Positions 1 to 9,793 of a stretch of 64,000 nucleotides of DNA are shown here, in pieces (position 1 is the stretch's first letter; the number at the start of each line of letters is the position of its first letter). The stretch is from Candidatus Latescibacterota bacterium (GTDB lineage: Bacteria > Latescibacterota > UBA2968 > GCA-2709665): positions 288,001 to 352,000 of the forward strand of contig OZ250150.1 of the NCBI GenBank assembly GCA_965237675.1. Direction: 5' to 3'. A program made the position numbers and the translations under genes. The notes under the pieces are model-generated. The model did no database searches. It worked only from the letters and a program-made list of their open reading frames with translations, and was not told the DNA's origin.

Positions 1-6
1 CAGCAA

Positions 7-1479
7 GTGAGGAGACTCATGGCGCTGATCCCGAGAGAACCGACGTTGTGCTTGGCAGCAGCAAAGGCCGGGATGGACGAGAAGACGGCACGAAAATACA
101 GGAGGTCAGGTCAGTTACCCAGCGAGGTTCAAGCCCCCCATACGTGGCGGACCCGTCCAGACCCATTCGCCGAGGTGTGGGGCGAGGTCGTGCTGCTTCT
201 GGAGGTGAACCCGGGGCTTCAGGCCAAAACGGTGTTTGAGCACCTGCAGCGTCAGTATCCGGGTCGGTTTTCGGATGGCCAGTTGCGCACGTTACAGCGC
301 CGCGTGAAGGTGTGGCGTGCCACAGCCGGTCCTCCTCGGGAGGTATTTTTCCCTCAGGTGCACTATCCCTCAGACCGTTGCCAGTCGGATTTTACGTGTC
401 TCAACGACCTATGTGTGACCCTCGGTGGCTTGCCTTTCGATCATTTGGTCTACCACTTCGTGCTGATGTATTCCAACTGGGAGACGGCCTCCATCTGCTT
501 CTCCGAGAGCTTTGAGAGCCTCAGTGGAGGGCTGCAGCAGGCGCTTTGGGAGCTTGGCGGCGTGCCCCGTACCCACCAGACGGACCGGCTCAGTGCGGCG
601 GTTCAGGACGTGGGGCGCCAGGAGATCTTCACCGCACGTTATCGGGCGCTGCTGTCCCACTACGGCCTGGAAGCCCGTGCGACCCAGGCTGCCAGTCCTC
701 ACGAGAATGGCGACGTGGAGCAGCGTCACTACCGCTTCAAGCAGGCCCTGGACCAGGCCCTGATGTTGCGTGGCTCCCGGGCGTTTGACACCCGCAGATC
801 CTATGAGCGCTTTGTACGCCGTCTGCTTTCCCAACTCAACGCCGGCCGGAAGGATCGCGTGCAGGAAGAGTTGGCCCTGTTGCGTCCCCTTCCCCAAAGG
901 CGTCTAGAGACCTGCAAGCGCCTGCGGGTCAAGGTCGGGAAAAGCAGCACCATCCGCGTGGTCCACAACGTCTACTCGGTCAACAGCCGCCTGATCGGGG
1001 AGACGGTGGATGTGCGTGTCCACACCGAACACATCGAGGTTTGGTATGGCTCCCGCCGTGTAGAGCGCCTGCCCCGGCTGCGTGGGGAAAGCCACCACCT
1101 GATCCAGTACCGGCACATCATCGACTGGCTGGTGCGTAAGCCCGGCGCTTTTGAAAACTATCGCTACCGTGCGGACCTGTTTCCCACCAGCCGCTTCCGG
1201 ATGGCCTACGACAGCCTGCGAGCCCATCATACCCCACGGCGTGCCGACAGTGCATATCTGCGCATCCTCCACCTTGCCGCCAAGGAGAGCCAAACCAAGG
1301 TGGAACAGGCCCTTTGTCATCTTCTGCGACAGGATAGCCTCAAAAGCGCCGAAGCCGTCGAAACGCTCATCGGGCAGCAACAAGCCGACGTGCCCATCAT
1401 CCCCGACGTCGCCATCCCTTCGGTAGATCTGAACCCCTACGATGGGCTCCTGCACCCACTGGAGGTGGCCGCCCGATGA
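7..1479 (+). CDS. istA: IS21 transposase IstA (true start probably a few codons upstream of window)
   Basis: N-terminal HTH (MDEKTARKY), DDE segments QSDFT / QTDRLSAAV / HENGDVEQRH, C-terminal YSVNSRLIG. Confidence 0.93.
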   Translation: MRRLMALIPREPTLCLAAAKAGMDEKTARKYRRSGQLPSEVQAPHTWRTRPDPFAEVWGEVVLLLEVNPGLQAKTVFEHLQRQYPGRFSDGQLRTLQRRVKVWRATAGPPREVFFPQVHYPSDRCQSDFTCLNDLCVTLGGLPFDHLVYHFVLMYSNWETASICFSESFESLSGGLQQALWELGGVPRTHQTDRLSAAVQDVGRQEIFTARYRALLSHYGLEARATQAASPHENGDVEQRHYRFKQALDQALMLRGSRAFDTRRSYERFVRRLLSQLNAGRKDRVQEELALLRPLPQRRLETCKRLRVKVGKSSTIRVVHNVYSVNSRLIGETVDVRVHTEHIEVWYGSRRVERLPRLRGESHHLIQYRHIIDWLVRKPGAFENYRYRADLFPTSRFRMAYDSLRAHHTPRRADSAYLRILHLAAKESQTKVEQALCHLLRQDSLKSAEAVETLIGQQQADVPIIPDVAIPSVDLNPYDGLLHPLEVAAR

Positions 1480-2240
1480 GCACCGATCGTTTGCGATCCG
1501 ACCTGGTGGGCTGTCTCAAGACGTTGCGCCTGCCCACCATACGGCAAGCCTTTGCACAGCAGGCCGAACTGGCAAGACGGGAAGGACAAAGCTATGAGCA
1601 CTATCTCCTGGACCTGCTTCAGCAAGAATGCGAGGTGCGCCAACACAACCGCACCCTCCGCTTCCTACGCGAGTCGAAGCTGCCGTTGGAGAAAAGCCTG
1701 GAGATGTTTGACCGCACACGACTGCCCGCACCCCAAAACGCCCTCGTCGCAACCCTTGTGGACGGCGCCTTCCTCGACCGCACGGAAAATGTGCTCGCCT
1801 TCGGGCCCCCCGGCAGCGGGAAAACCCATCTGCTTTGTGCCATCGCGCAGACCCTCATCCATCAGGGACGCCGCATCCTGTTCACGCCCTGCAACCTGCT
1901 GGTACAGGAACTCCTTCTGGCCAAACGCGATCTGCGCTTGCCACGCCTCCTCAAACGCTTTGCCAAATACGATGCCCTCCTCCTCGACGATATCGGCTAC
2001 GTCCAGCACAGCCGCGAAGAGATGGAAGTCCTCTTCGCCCTCCTGGCACATCGCTACGAGCGAGCAAGCGTCATGATCACTTCAAACCTGCCCTTCTCCG
2101 GATGGGAGGCCATCTTCAAGGACCCTATGACCACCGCCGCGGTGATCGACCGGCTCGTGCATCACGCCATCATCATCGATATGAACCTCAAAAGCTACCG
2201 ACTCGAACACGCACAAAAATACCACAAACATCACCACTGA
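1476..2240 (+). CDS. istB: IS21 helper AAA+ ATPase IstB
   Basis: Walker A GPPGSGKTH, Walker B LLLDDIGY, ITSNLPFSGW, AVIDRLVHH. Confidence 0.95.
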   Translation: MSTDRLRSDLVGCLKTLRLPTIRQAFAQQAELARREGQSYEHYLLDLLQQECEVRQHNRTLRFLRESKLPLEKSLEMFDRTRLPAPQNALVATLVDGAFLDRTENVLAFGPPGSGKTHLLCAIAQTLIHQGRRILFTPCNLLVQELLLAKRDLRLPRLLKRFAKYDALLLDDIGYVQHSREEMEVLFALLAHRYERASVMITSNLPFSGWEAIFKDPMTTAAVIDRLVHHAIIIDMNLKSYRLEHAQKYHKHHH

Positions 2241-2446
2241 TCGGGAATTCTAATTGTCGTTGAACAGAAAAAATAGTTGACGTTAGTCATCATCGCTGTG
2301 TTTATAGGAAACGAAAATCTTTCTTGCCACGCCTTTGTTCTCCCAAAGTGCGCGTATGTTTTACTCTGAACTACACGATCGACCCATCGGAAATCTGCCG
2401 ACCGCCCTGATTTCACTCCCGTCAGGCGATTGAAGCCCGTTTTCGC

Positions 2447-3589
2447 TCACGACCCTCCCAGAACCTCCCGTAAGCGCCCACTGACCACGCCCAGGTCATC
2501 GTCCGTCAACGTGGGCACCGACACATGGAGCGCGTTTGCGCTATCCCCCAGCACAATGCTCGGCCGGCCCTCCTGCAATTCGGCCTGGATCTGCGATAGG
2601 GATTTTCCCAGGGCCTCTTCGTCGAACCGGATCAGCAGCCCATTGCCGAGCCCACGTTTTTCCGTTACATGCTCGACCTCGATGTGAGGAACTCCGTCCA
2701 GTGCGCGCAGGATTTCGTCGGCCTTGCGCCGGTGATCGGCGAAGCGCGCGTTGTGGTCCATTTCGAACCATTCCTTCAATGCGGCCGTTACGGCAATCAC
2801 CTCCTGGCGGTCCACCTTCAAGGGGCGGCCGACCGTGCGCGGTTCCTCGGTTTCAAATCCGATAAAACCGTGCACGAAAGCCGCATCCACCAGGTCTTTC
2901 CGTCCGCACATAATCCCCGTGGAGTTGCACGCGCCGAAATATTTCGCGCCATACCCCACCAGGTCCGCGCCCATCCTGGGGTACCGGCACATGGCGTCCA
3001 GCGGAAACACCTGGGAGGCTGCATCCACGATCACGGGAACGCCACGGTCCCTCGCAATGGCCATGGCGTCCTCCAACGGGACAACGCCCACCCCGCCCCC
3101 CGGCGCGACATAGAGCAACCCGGCCGTGCGCTCCGTCATCGCCGCATCGAGTTGCCGCGCCGTCGTGCCCTCCGCGTCTCCCGCCTCCACCAGTTTTCCG
3201 CCAAAAATCGTTACACAGCGTTCGTACTTGTACCGCTGACCGGCCTGAATCAGAAACTCGTCCCGCATCCCCGTGGTGTCGGGCAACCGCTCCATCTTGC
3301 CTGGATCGTCTCCCGTCATGCACGCTGCCGATCCGAGCGCCAGCACCGAGGCGCAACCGGGCGTGACCAGCGCCGCCTCGGCCCCCAACATCCCGGCAAT
3401 CACCTCGCCCGACCGCTTCAGCAGTTCCTTCATATCCACAAAGTACCGGTTCGCATCCTGCATGGCCTGCCGCACCCCGGGAGACAGGCGTGAACCGCCC
3501 AGTACGGTCTGGCTACCCATCCCATTGATCACAGGGTTTACCCCCAGGTCTTCGTAGATCCGGCGTCCTCTTTCGCTGTCCATACACAC
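2447..3589 (-). CDS. SelA/DgaE-like PLP-dependent enzyme
   Basis: LGVNPVINGMG, VIVDAAS, DLVGYGAKYFG (PLP lysine), GRPLKVDRQE. Confidence 0.75.
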   Translation of the reverse strand: MCMDSERGRRIYEDLGVNPVINGMGSQTVLGGSRLSPGVRQAMQDANRYFVDMKELLKRSGEVIAGMLGAEAALVTPGCASVLALGSAACMTGDDPGKMERLPDTTGMRDEFLIQAGQRYKYERCVTIFGGKLVEAGDAEGTTARQLDAAMTERTAGLLYVAPGGGVGVVPLEDAMAIARDRGVPVIVDAASQVFPLDAMCRYPRMGADLVGYGAKYFGACNSTGIMCGRKDLVDAAFVHGFIGFETEEPRTVGRPLKVDRQEVIAVTAALKEWFEMDHNARFADHRRKADEILRALDGVPHIEVEHVTEKRGLGNGLLIRFDEEALGKSLSQIQAELQEGRPSIVLGDSANALHVSVPTLTDDDLGVVSGRLREVLGGS

Positions 3590-3719
3590 CTCTTATTTGG
3601 CAAATGATTCGCGCGAAAACTGAAAAATCGGCGGCTCCCTTCACCGCTGATGACGCCGACAAGATAGCTTTCTTATAATTGCCGATCAATTCCTTTCTGT
3701 TCACGGGTAAACCAACAAA

Positions 3720-3744
3720 GGGCGACCACAAGGGTCGCCCCTAC
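3720..3744. repeat. GTAG-type REP-like palindrome
   Basis: GGGCGACCACAAGGGTCGCCCCTAC; related copies at ~43003, 46731, 55750. Confidence 0.7.
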
Positions 3745-3932
3745 GTATCATTGGAAACCGGTCAGGCGATTCCGCGATAACGGACTCCCCGGCAGCCCCG
3801 GGGCGACGTCATCGCTCGCCAATGGGTTTCCATCGCCGGGCCGTCGCGCCATCGTATTCCGCCCGCGGCCGGATGATCCGATCCTGCGCCGTCTGCTCGA
3901 GTCCATGCGCCGTCCACCCTGCTCAGGCGCGT

Positions 3933-4385
3933 CCACACGGTGGGGCCAGTGAACAGGTCGAGGCCTTCTTTCGCGAGATGGAGAGTCGACCCGACATCCG
4001 GCAGGCCATGCTGAACAGGCTCAAGCGGGGCGAAGCCCTGCCGGGATTCGGTCACGTTATCTACCGGGACGACGACCCCAGGGGCAAACTGCTGCTCCGG
4101 CTGCTCCACGAATCCTGCGGGTACCACCCCGACGTGCGCCTCGCGCTCGCGACGGTCCAGGCCGCGGCCGAAATCACCAGCCTCCCGTACAATATCGATC
4201 TGGCCCTGGCCACGCTCGCCCGCGTCCTCGACCTGCCGCCCGGGGGCGCGATGACGCTGTTCGCCCTGGGCAGAACCGTGGGCTGGATCGGCCACGCCAT
4301 CGAACAGTACCGGATCGGACGGATCATCCGCCCCCGCGCGCGGTACGTGGGTGAACTCCCGGAGGAAACGACGTCAATCCGGTAA
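3933..4385 (+). pseudogene. C-terminal fragment of a citrate synthase-family protein
   Basis: HGGA, GFGHVIY..DPR, NID, FALGRTVGWIGH, IIRPRARYVG; no homologous N-terminal half upstream. Confidence 0.7.
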
Positions 4386-4463
4386 GCCATGCAAAATGGG
4401 GATCCCGTTCCCGAAACACTCCGAGGAATCCCCAGGTTGTTCGCGTCGTCGATTGTCGATACT

Positions 4464-5621
4464 CTATATCCCCGGCCGGCTGCCCGTCCCGTACCCCACG
4501 AGTTCTACGTACCCGTGCCCCATTGGCTTTCCGTCCGGGTCGGTGATCTCCACCGCCCCCTCCCAGTAAAACAGTGATTTCATCAATGCGCTGCGATTCT
4601 CCTGGTCTGCCATCACCGGCCGGATCAGCATCCGAAGGCCCTCGCCGGGCAACACGACCTCCCATCTTGAGGGATAGACCGCATCTGTCTCCGGACTCTT
4701 CCAGGTATCCGTTGGCCGTACGGAAAACTCCTCCGGCGCCAGGTAGCGCGCCTCACCCGAAGCCGCGACCATCGTCCCGCGGGAGAAATCCACGGCGCCC
4801 GACGTGTCCCGCAACACGTAAATCATCGCCTCCCGCCCGTCGTCAAGCTGCAGGCTGAACCAGTCCCAGCCCACCTGGTGGGCTTCGAGTTGGTTCGACC
4901 CGAACTCCTTGTCCATCCAACTCTGGCCCGTTACCGCCAATCGTTCGTCGCCCAGCCTGATCTCGCCCGTTGTCGCAAGCCGCGTAAAACTGTAATACTG
5001 GCTGGCCGCCGCCTCTCCCTTCCCTTTCCTGCTGTACCCGCCCGGCCCCTGAAACACCATCGGCTTTGCCGGTCGGGTGGAAAACGTGAATCCCGTACGC
5101 TGCCGATTGTCGGTCATCGAAAAATCGTATCCCTCGCCGTTCCAGCTAAGCGTCCAACGCGCCTCGGTACCCGCGGGGCCCCGGCTCCACGCGATTAACG
5201 AATCGGGATGCACGCCAAACCCGCCCAGCAGCGGCACTGCCCGGTATATCACCTCGCTGAACAGGTGCCTCCCCGAGGCCGGATCGCTGATGGCCGCGTG
5301 GCCCATGATCAGATTACCGGTCGCCCATTCCGACGCCAGGGACGGCCGGTGCGTCAACAACCCGACCCTGAAGAAGGTGAATTGGTACCCGAAGCGCCGG
5401 CCATCTTCCGACGTCAGATGTCCCGTAAAGTACCACCACTCCGTTTTGTATCCGTCCCGCGCCCAGTGATCGCGGGGAAAGTCCCAGGCGTAATCCCGCC
5501 GCGCGGCCTTCCACTCCTCAGCGTGGACCACATGGACGAAAGCAAACAGGCAAAAAGCGAGCGCAACCCTCATTCTGTCATTCCACAGGGGGGCGCGCTT
5601 CAATTTCACGTTCGATTTCAA
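4464..5621 (-). CDS. AttH/CrtC-like lipocalin-fold secreted protein
   Basis: Signal peptide, FPRDH, TEWWYFTG, SWMDKEFGS, GWDWFSLQL, YWEGAV, GYVELVGY. Confidence 0.85.
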   Translation of the reverse strand: MKSNVKLKRAPLWNDRMRVALAFCLFAFVHVVHAEEWKAARRDYAWDFPRDHWARDGYKTEWWYFTGHLTSEDGRRFGYQFTFFRVGLLTHRPSLASEWATGNLIMGHAAISDPASGRHLFSEVIYRAVPLLGGFGVHPDSLIAWSRGPAGTEARWTLSWNGEGYDFSMTDNRQRTGFTFSTRPAKPMVFQGPGGYSRKGKGEAAASQYYSFTRLATTGEIRLGDERLAVTGQSWMDKEFGSNQLEAHQVGWDWFSLQLDDGREAMIYVLRDTSGAVDFSRGTMVAASGEARYLAPEEFSVRPTDTWKSPETDAVYPSRWEVVLPGEGLRMLIRPVMADQENRSALMKSLFYWEGAVEITDPDGKPMGHGYVELVGYGTGSRPGI

Positions 5622-6250
5622 GATTCGAGTGATCGGTCCTCCGACAGTTCTTCGAGATTTGTCCGGACGACGACCGTACCCGCAATAAAGTCATGGATGG
5701 CGCGTCGGTTGCGGTTCGTGAGCATGGTGACGATTTCGGCAATCCACCAGGTAAATAGGACCAGGAAAGTCCAAATTGCGACTGGCGACATTTTGCTGCG
5801 GGGCAGTTCATTGCTCATCGTCACCAGTTCATACATCACATAGACCCCCATCGGGATCAGGATAATGATGGGGATGCTATCCCGAAGGAGGGCATGTCTG
5901 AATGATATGGCGTCGTCGGTTCTGGCGTCGACGATCCGCACGCGGGTGACCATTTTGCCAAGCGTTTGTCCGTACAAGCTGTGAAGGCAGATCGTATAAA
6001 TCCAGGAGCCTGCAGTCTGGACCAACAGAACGGCCGCGAACAGCCATATCGGGATATCGAGTCGCTGAATGTATTGTAAACTCTCGCTAAAGGGCCATAA
6101 AACCAGAAGATCGATCCAACCTGCCCAGAACCTTGGCCAGAACGTGCGATACCGATTCTCGAAAGCAACTGCGCATTTCTCATATCGCCACAAGACGATT
6201 AATGAGATTACCAACAATAGGACCAATGCACCTGGACCGGTAACGGTCAT
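5618..6250 (-). CDS. RDD-family membrane protein
   Basis: FWPRFWAGWID, GQTLGK, RRAIHDFIAGTVVV; stop overlaps the attH-like start. Confidence 0.85.
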   Translation of the reverse strand: MTVTGPGALVLLLVISLIVLWRYEKCAVAFENRYRTFWPRFWAGWIDLLVLWPFSESLQYIQRLDIPIWLFAAVLLVQTAGSWIYTICLHSLYGQTLGKMVTRVRIVDARTDDAISFRHALLRDSIPIIILIPMGVYVMYELVTMSNELPRSKMSPVAIWTFLVLFTWWIAEIVTMLTNRNRRAIHDFIAGTVVVRTNLEELSEDRSLES

Positions 6251-6265
6251 CCGGATTCACCCTTT

Positions 6266-6428
6266 TCTAGGCCCGTGAAGCCTTCCCGCCCACGGAGGAT
6301 GAGCTCCCGGACGTCTTCGAGATTCGAGAGATTCATCCTCCGGGGGTTCTTCGAGATTTGTCCGGACGTTCACTGTGTCCGCGATAAAGTCGTACAAGTC
6401 CCGACGCCTGCGGTTCGCGAGCAACGAG
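6266..6428 (-). pseudogene. Fused 3'-end remnants of the RDD gene and of the CehA/McbA gene
   Basis: 6319-6428 encodes LLANRRRRDLYDFIADTVNVRTNLEEPPEDESLES (cf. RDD end); 6266-6320 encodes EDVRELILRGREGFTGL (cf. EDVRELFLRGREGFAGL). Confidence 0.75.
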
Positions 6429-6497
6429 GTCCGATCCCGTCGGGCATCCCAGTCGATGAGTTCAGAAGTTCAAACGACCATATTGTCCGACTCTTTA

Positions 6498-6719
6498 TCA
6501 GATGGTCTTACGTGACTCCAACATGCTGTTGAGCCTCTTGTCGAGCCCCATAATAGCGGCCTGAATCGCATTGACCTCGCGCTCCTCGAAGTATGCCTCA
6601 CCGCATTGGTCGCAGACCCAGGCAGGGACTGTGTCGAGTACAAGGTGATACCCGTTGCGGTCAACGTGGAATGGCGCTTTCGAGCGTTTCATCTGCCCGC
6701 GACAGTGGATACAGTTCAT
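6498..6719 (-). CDS. YgiT-type zinc-finger protein (MqsA-like antitoxin domain)
   Basis: MNCIHCRG...VPAWVCDQCGEAYF; ATG overlaps the upstream stop. Confidence 0.8.
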   Translation of the reverse strand: MNCIHCRGQMKRSKAPFHVDRNGYHLVLDTVPAWVCDQCGEAYFEEREVNAIQAAIMGLDKRLNSMLESRKTI

Positions 6720-8173
6720 TTTGATCTTTCCCTTACCAGCCCCGCGAAGCCTTCCCGCCCGCGGAGGAACAGTTCCCTGACGTCTTCGCGCTGCCGGTCG
6801 GTGTTGTATCGACCCCACGTGTCGATCCACTTCAGCGAATCCTCGATTCCGTTCAGGAAATAACGGGCGGAATCGTCTCTTTCGGCGGGAGGGCGTCCGC
6901 ACGAAAAATAAACCGGACTGCTGTGGGCGTAGATGGACTGGTCGAAGCTGTCACGCCGGTCACCCCATAGCCGCGCGGCGATCCAGCCATCGCGGTCGAC
7001 CTCCACGCGGTGACGGATGGCGCCTTCGCGTTTGCCTTCAACATCGCCCTCGCTGTGAATCACGCGGCCGTTCATCACGATTTCCGCGCGGTGAACGGGA
7101 TAGAAGGAGGTGAACCTGGATTCGATATCGAGCGATCCCCCGCTGGGCAATTGAACCGTAGATCCCATCGGCTGATCGTTGACGCTCAGATCGATGGCGG
7201 GACCATTGGTGATGAAGGTATTGCCCGCCTTCATGCCGGCGATCCAGTTTTCGTAGGAGAAAGTATCGCTGGTGTTGACGTACACCCTGTTGTTGGAGCA
7301 GACGAACCAGTCCGTACCGGTGGATGCGGGCAGGCGGATGCCGCAATTGAGGAGCTTGTACCAGAGATCGTACTCGGGGTCCATCCAGAAGGGATCGAAG
7401 AGATTGAAGGCGTCCAGTTTCCCGAGCACCGCGGCAACCGGAGCCTCCATCCCGCGGCCGTTGTGGCACCAGATGACAATGCCGCCCTGGTCGCGGGCTT
7501 CGTCGCAACAGAAGCACAGGGGTGGATAGTCCGGGTCGAACTGCGCGGTGAGGATGTGGCCGCGGCTGACGGGCTGGATGAGATTGCGGATATTGAGAAA
7601 CATCACGTGTCCGTATCCGAAACCCCAGGGCGAGTGCTCGCCGTAGTGACGGTTCTCCTCGCCGATATCCAGGACGTGATGCGCCGTCGTAAAGTCGTTC
7701 ATCACGCCGATGGGATATTTGTTGCTGGCGTATGGCAGCTGCCTCCTGTCCAGAACGCTGACCACGGTCACGTTGTAGCCCTCTACGCTGCAGTCGATGG
7801 CCAGCCGGTCGTCCGGGCGCGTTTCCTTTTCGTCGTAATGTATGTGCGTGTTGCCCGGGTACCAGTTGTTCTCCTGTGGGAAATACCATCGGTTCAGGAC
7901 AATCTCGACGTCCCTTGCGCCGTGTTCGGGCATGTCGACCACCGTCCGCAGGGGCTCGTATTCCGTCCCGCGTTCGACCAGAACGTCGGTGCGTCCACGC
8001 CCGGCCCGAACTTCGAACGCTCCGTCGCTGAAGAAAAACGGCGTGCCGGGGCCCCGCTTGAGCATGGCCTCGCGTGGATGCGTAAAACGGCCGTCTGAAG
8101 TCAGGACGTGAACCTTGGCGCTGATCTGTTCACCGGTCGCGCCGTCGATTATATGCCCTCGCAAGATGCCCAT
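6716..8173 (-). CDS. CehA/McbA-family (PHP-like) metallohydrolase
   Basis: WYPGNTHIH, GEE, GHV, WCH, ASTGTDW, TFITNGP, YAHSSPVY. Confidence 0.7.
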   Translation of the reverse strand: MGILRGHIIDGATGEQISAKVHVLTSDGRFTHPREAMLKRGPGTPFFFSDGAFEVRAGRGRTDVLVERGTEYEPLRTVVDMPEHGARDVEIVLNRWYFPQENNWYPGNTHIHYDEKETRPDDRLAIDCSVEGYNVTVVSVLDRRQLPYASNKYPIGVMNDFTTAHHVLDIGEENRHYGEHSPWGFGYGHVMFLNIRNLIQPVSRGHILTAQFDPDYPPLCFCCDEARDQGGIVIWCHNGRGMEAPVAAVLGKLDAFNLFDPFWMDPEYDLWYKLLNCGIRLPASTGTDWFVCSNNRVYVNTSDTFSYENWIAGMKAGNTFITNGPAIDLSVNDQPMGSTVQLPSGGSLDIESRFTSFYPVHRAEIVMNGRVIHSEGDVEGKREGAIRHRVEVDRDGWIAARLWGDRRDSFDQSIYAHSSPVYFSCGRPPAERDDSARYFLNGIEDSLKWIDTWGRYNTDRQREDVRELFLRGREGFAGLVRERSK

Positions 8174-8414
8174 AAAGATCTCCGGGGGGTGGTATGTGGT
8201 TGATCTCAGAGTGATTTTTCTCGTGTCAGGCGATACGCCGGATCGTTACGTCACGAGACAAGATAGGCCAAACTTCCGTATTGACGTACGACGGATTTCC
8301 TCCCCTTCAAGCAATTCGCACACAAATGGAGTCAATTGTCTTCGCGAAAATTGCGATGCAGCCGTCGTCCACCGATATATGCGTACCTGGATGCGCAGGT
8401 TGCCGCATGCCAGC

Positions 8415-9575
8415 CTAACTGCCGAAGGCTTTCGCAAAGATCAGAAAATCACCAAATCCAATGGCGCCGTCCCCGTCCAGATCATATTCCGCGTCGTACC
8501 CCGCATCGCCTTGATTCAACCCGAAGATCGCGGCAAACTGCAAAAAGTCGACGAAGTCAACGGCGCCGTTGCCATCGAAGTCCGCATTGGCGGTTTCAGG
8601 GGTGATGCGCGGCGCAATATTCCACAGTACAATCGTACTGTCCTGACTTCCACTCGCGAGGATCCTCCCGTCCGGTGAGAAAGACACGGAAAAGACATCA
8701 CCCGTATGCCCTCGCAATGTGGCCTTTTCCTGACCACTGGCCACGTCCCACAGTCGAACCGTATGGTCTTCACCTCCGCTGGCGAGAATGCTCCCATCAG
8801 GTGAAAATGACACAGAACCGACGTCCCCCGTATGCCCAATTAACGTGGCCTTTCTCCGACCACTGACCACGTCCCACAATCGAACCGTAGCGTCTCCACT
8901 GCCGCTGGCGAGAATACTCCCGTCCGGAGAGAACTTTACGGAGGTAACCCAACCCTCATGACCCCGAAACGTGGTTATCTGCTGACCGCTGCCCACGTCC
9001 CACAGCCGAATCACACCGTCATAGCCTCCACTGGCGAGAGTCCTCCCGTCAGGTGAGAACGTCACGAAGTGAAGACTCATACTCTGCCCTCGCAGTGTGG
9101 CTTTCTCCTGACCGCTGGCCACATCCCACAATAGAATATCCACAAGACAAACTGCGAGTGTACTTCCATCCGGAGAGAACGACATGGAGACGGGAACACT
9201 TATATATCCCTGTAGCGACGCCTTCTCCTGAAGGCTGGCCACATCCCACAACCGAACGACTTCGCTGGCACTGGCCAGGGTTCTCCCGTCCGGCGAGAAC
9301 GTCACGGACCTAACCCAACTCTTATGCCCCGTCAGTCTGGCCTTCTCCCTGCCGCCGGCCACATGCCACAATCGAACCGTTCTGTCCCAACTCCCACTGG
9401 CGAGTGTACTCCCGTCCGGCGAAAACGATACGGACCAAACCCGCCCGGTATGCCCTCGCAGTGTGGCGCCGCGTTCGGGCAAACTGATGGGGTTATTCTC
9501 TTGAGCGAGGCTGTTCTGTGCCAACAGGACACTGACTAACAGGACAGCAAAATAGAATCTATAGCTCTTCTTCAT
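8415..9575 (-). CDS. Secreted WD40 beta-propeller protein with C-terminal dockerin-like EF-hand pair
   Basis: Signal peptide; seven GH...SFSPDG..LASG..VRLWD repeats; ADFDGNGAVDFVDF / YDLDGDGAIGFGDF. Confidence 0.9.
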   Translation of the reverse strand: MKKSYRFYFAVLLVSVLLAQNSLAQENNPISLPERGATLRGHTGRVWSVSFSPDGSTLASGSWDRTVRLWHVAGGREKARLTGHKSWVRSVTFSPDGRTLASASEVVRLWDVASLQEKASLQGYISVPVSMSFSPDGSTLAVCLVDILLWDVASGQEKATLRGQSMSLHFVTFSPDGRTLASGGYDGVIRLWDVGSGQQITTFRGHEGWVTSVKFSPDGSILASGSGDATVRLWDVVSGRRKATLIGHTGDVGSVSFSPDGSILASGGEDHTVRLWDVASGQEKATLRGHTGDVFSVSFSPDGRILASGSQDSTIVLWNIAPRITPETANADFDGNGAVDFVDFLQFAAIFGLNQGDAGYDAEYDLDGDGAIGFGDFLIFAKAFGS

Positions 9576-9793
9576 AGAATATCCCTTTCTATCGCCACAT
9601 GCGGACCTCTCCCCCCGGCCCCCTCTCCTGCGAGGAGATGGGAGTTGGACTATGCGTTCGTCGACCGATCATAGTTTCCCCCTTTCTCTCAGGAATCGGA
9701 ATAGGAGGCGGTCTGCCATCCATTGTGATTCCGGCATCAGCTTTCGTTCTCCGACGCCACTGCCGCGGATCAGCATGTCGCCTGCACGCCCGC

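Larger units (their letters stand above)
1..2289 (+). mobile_element. IS21-family insertion sequence (left end outside window)
   Basis: istA-istB pair with ATGA overlap. Right end reads TGACTAACGTCAACTA...AACGACAATTA on the minus strand (TG terminus at ~2289, repeated subterminal motifs typical of IS21). Confidence 0.9.

Noticed and set aside
2447-3589. Naming this gene (or 41210-42325) selA
   Set aside because: Too short, lacks the SelA N-terminal domain, and no selB is adjacent.
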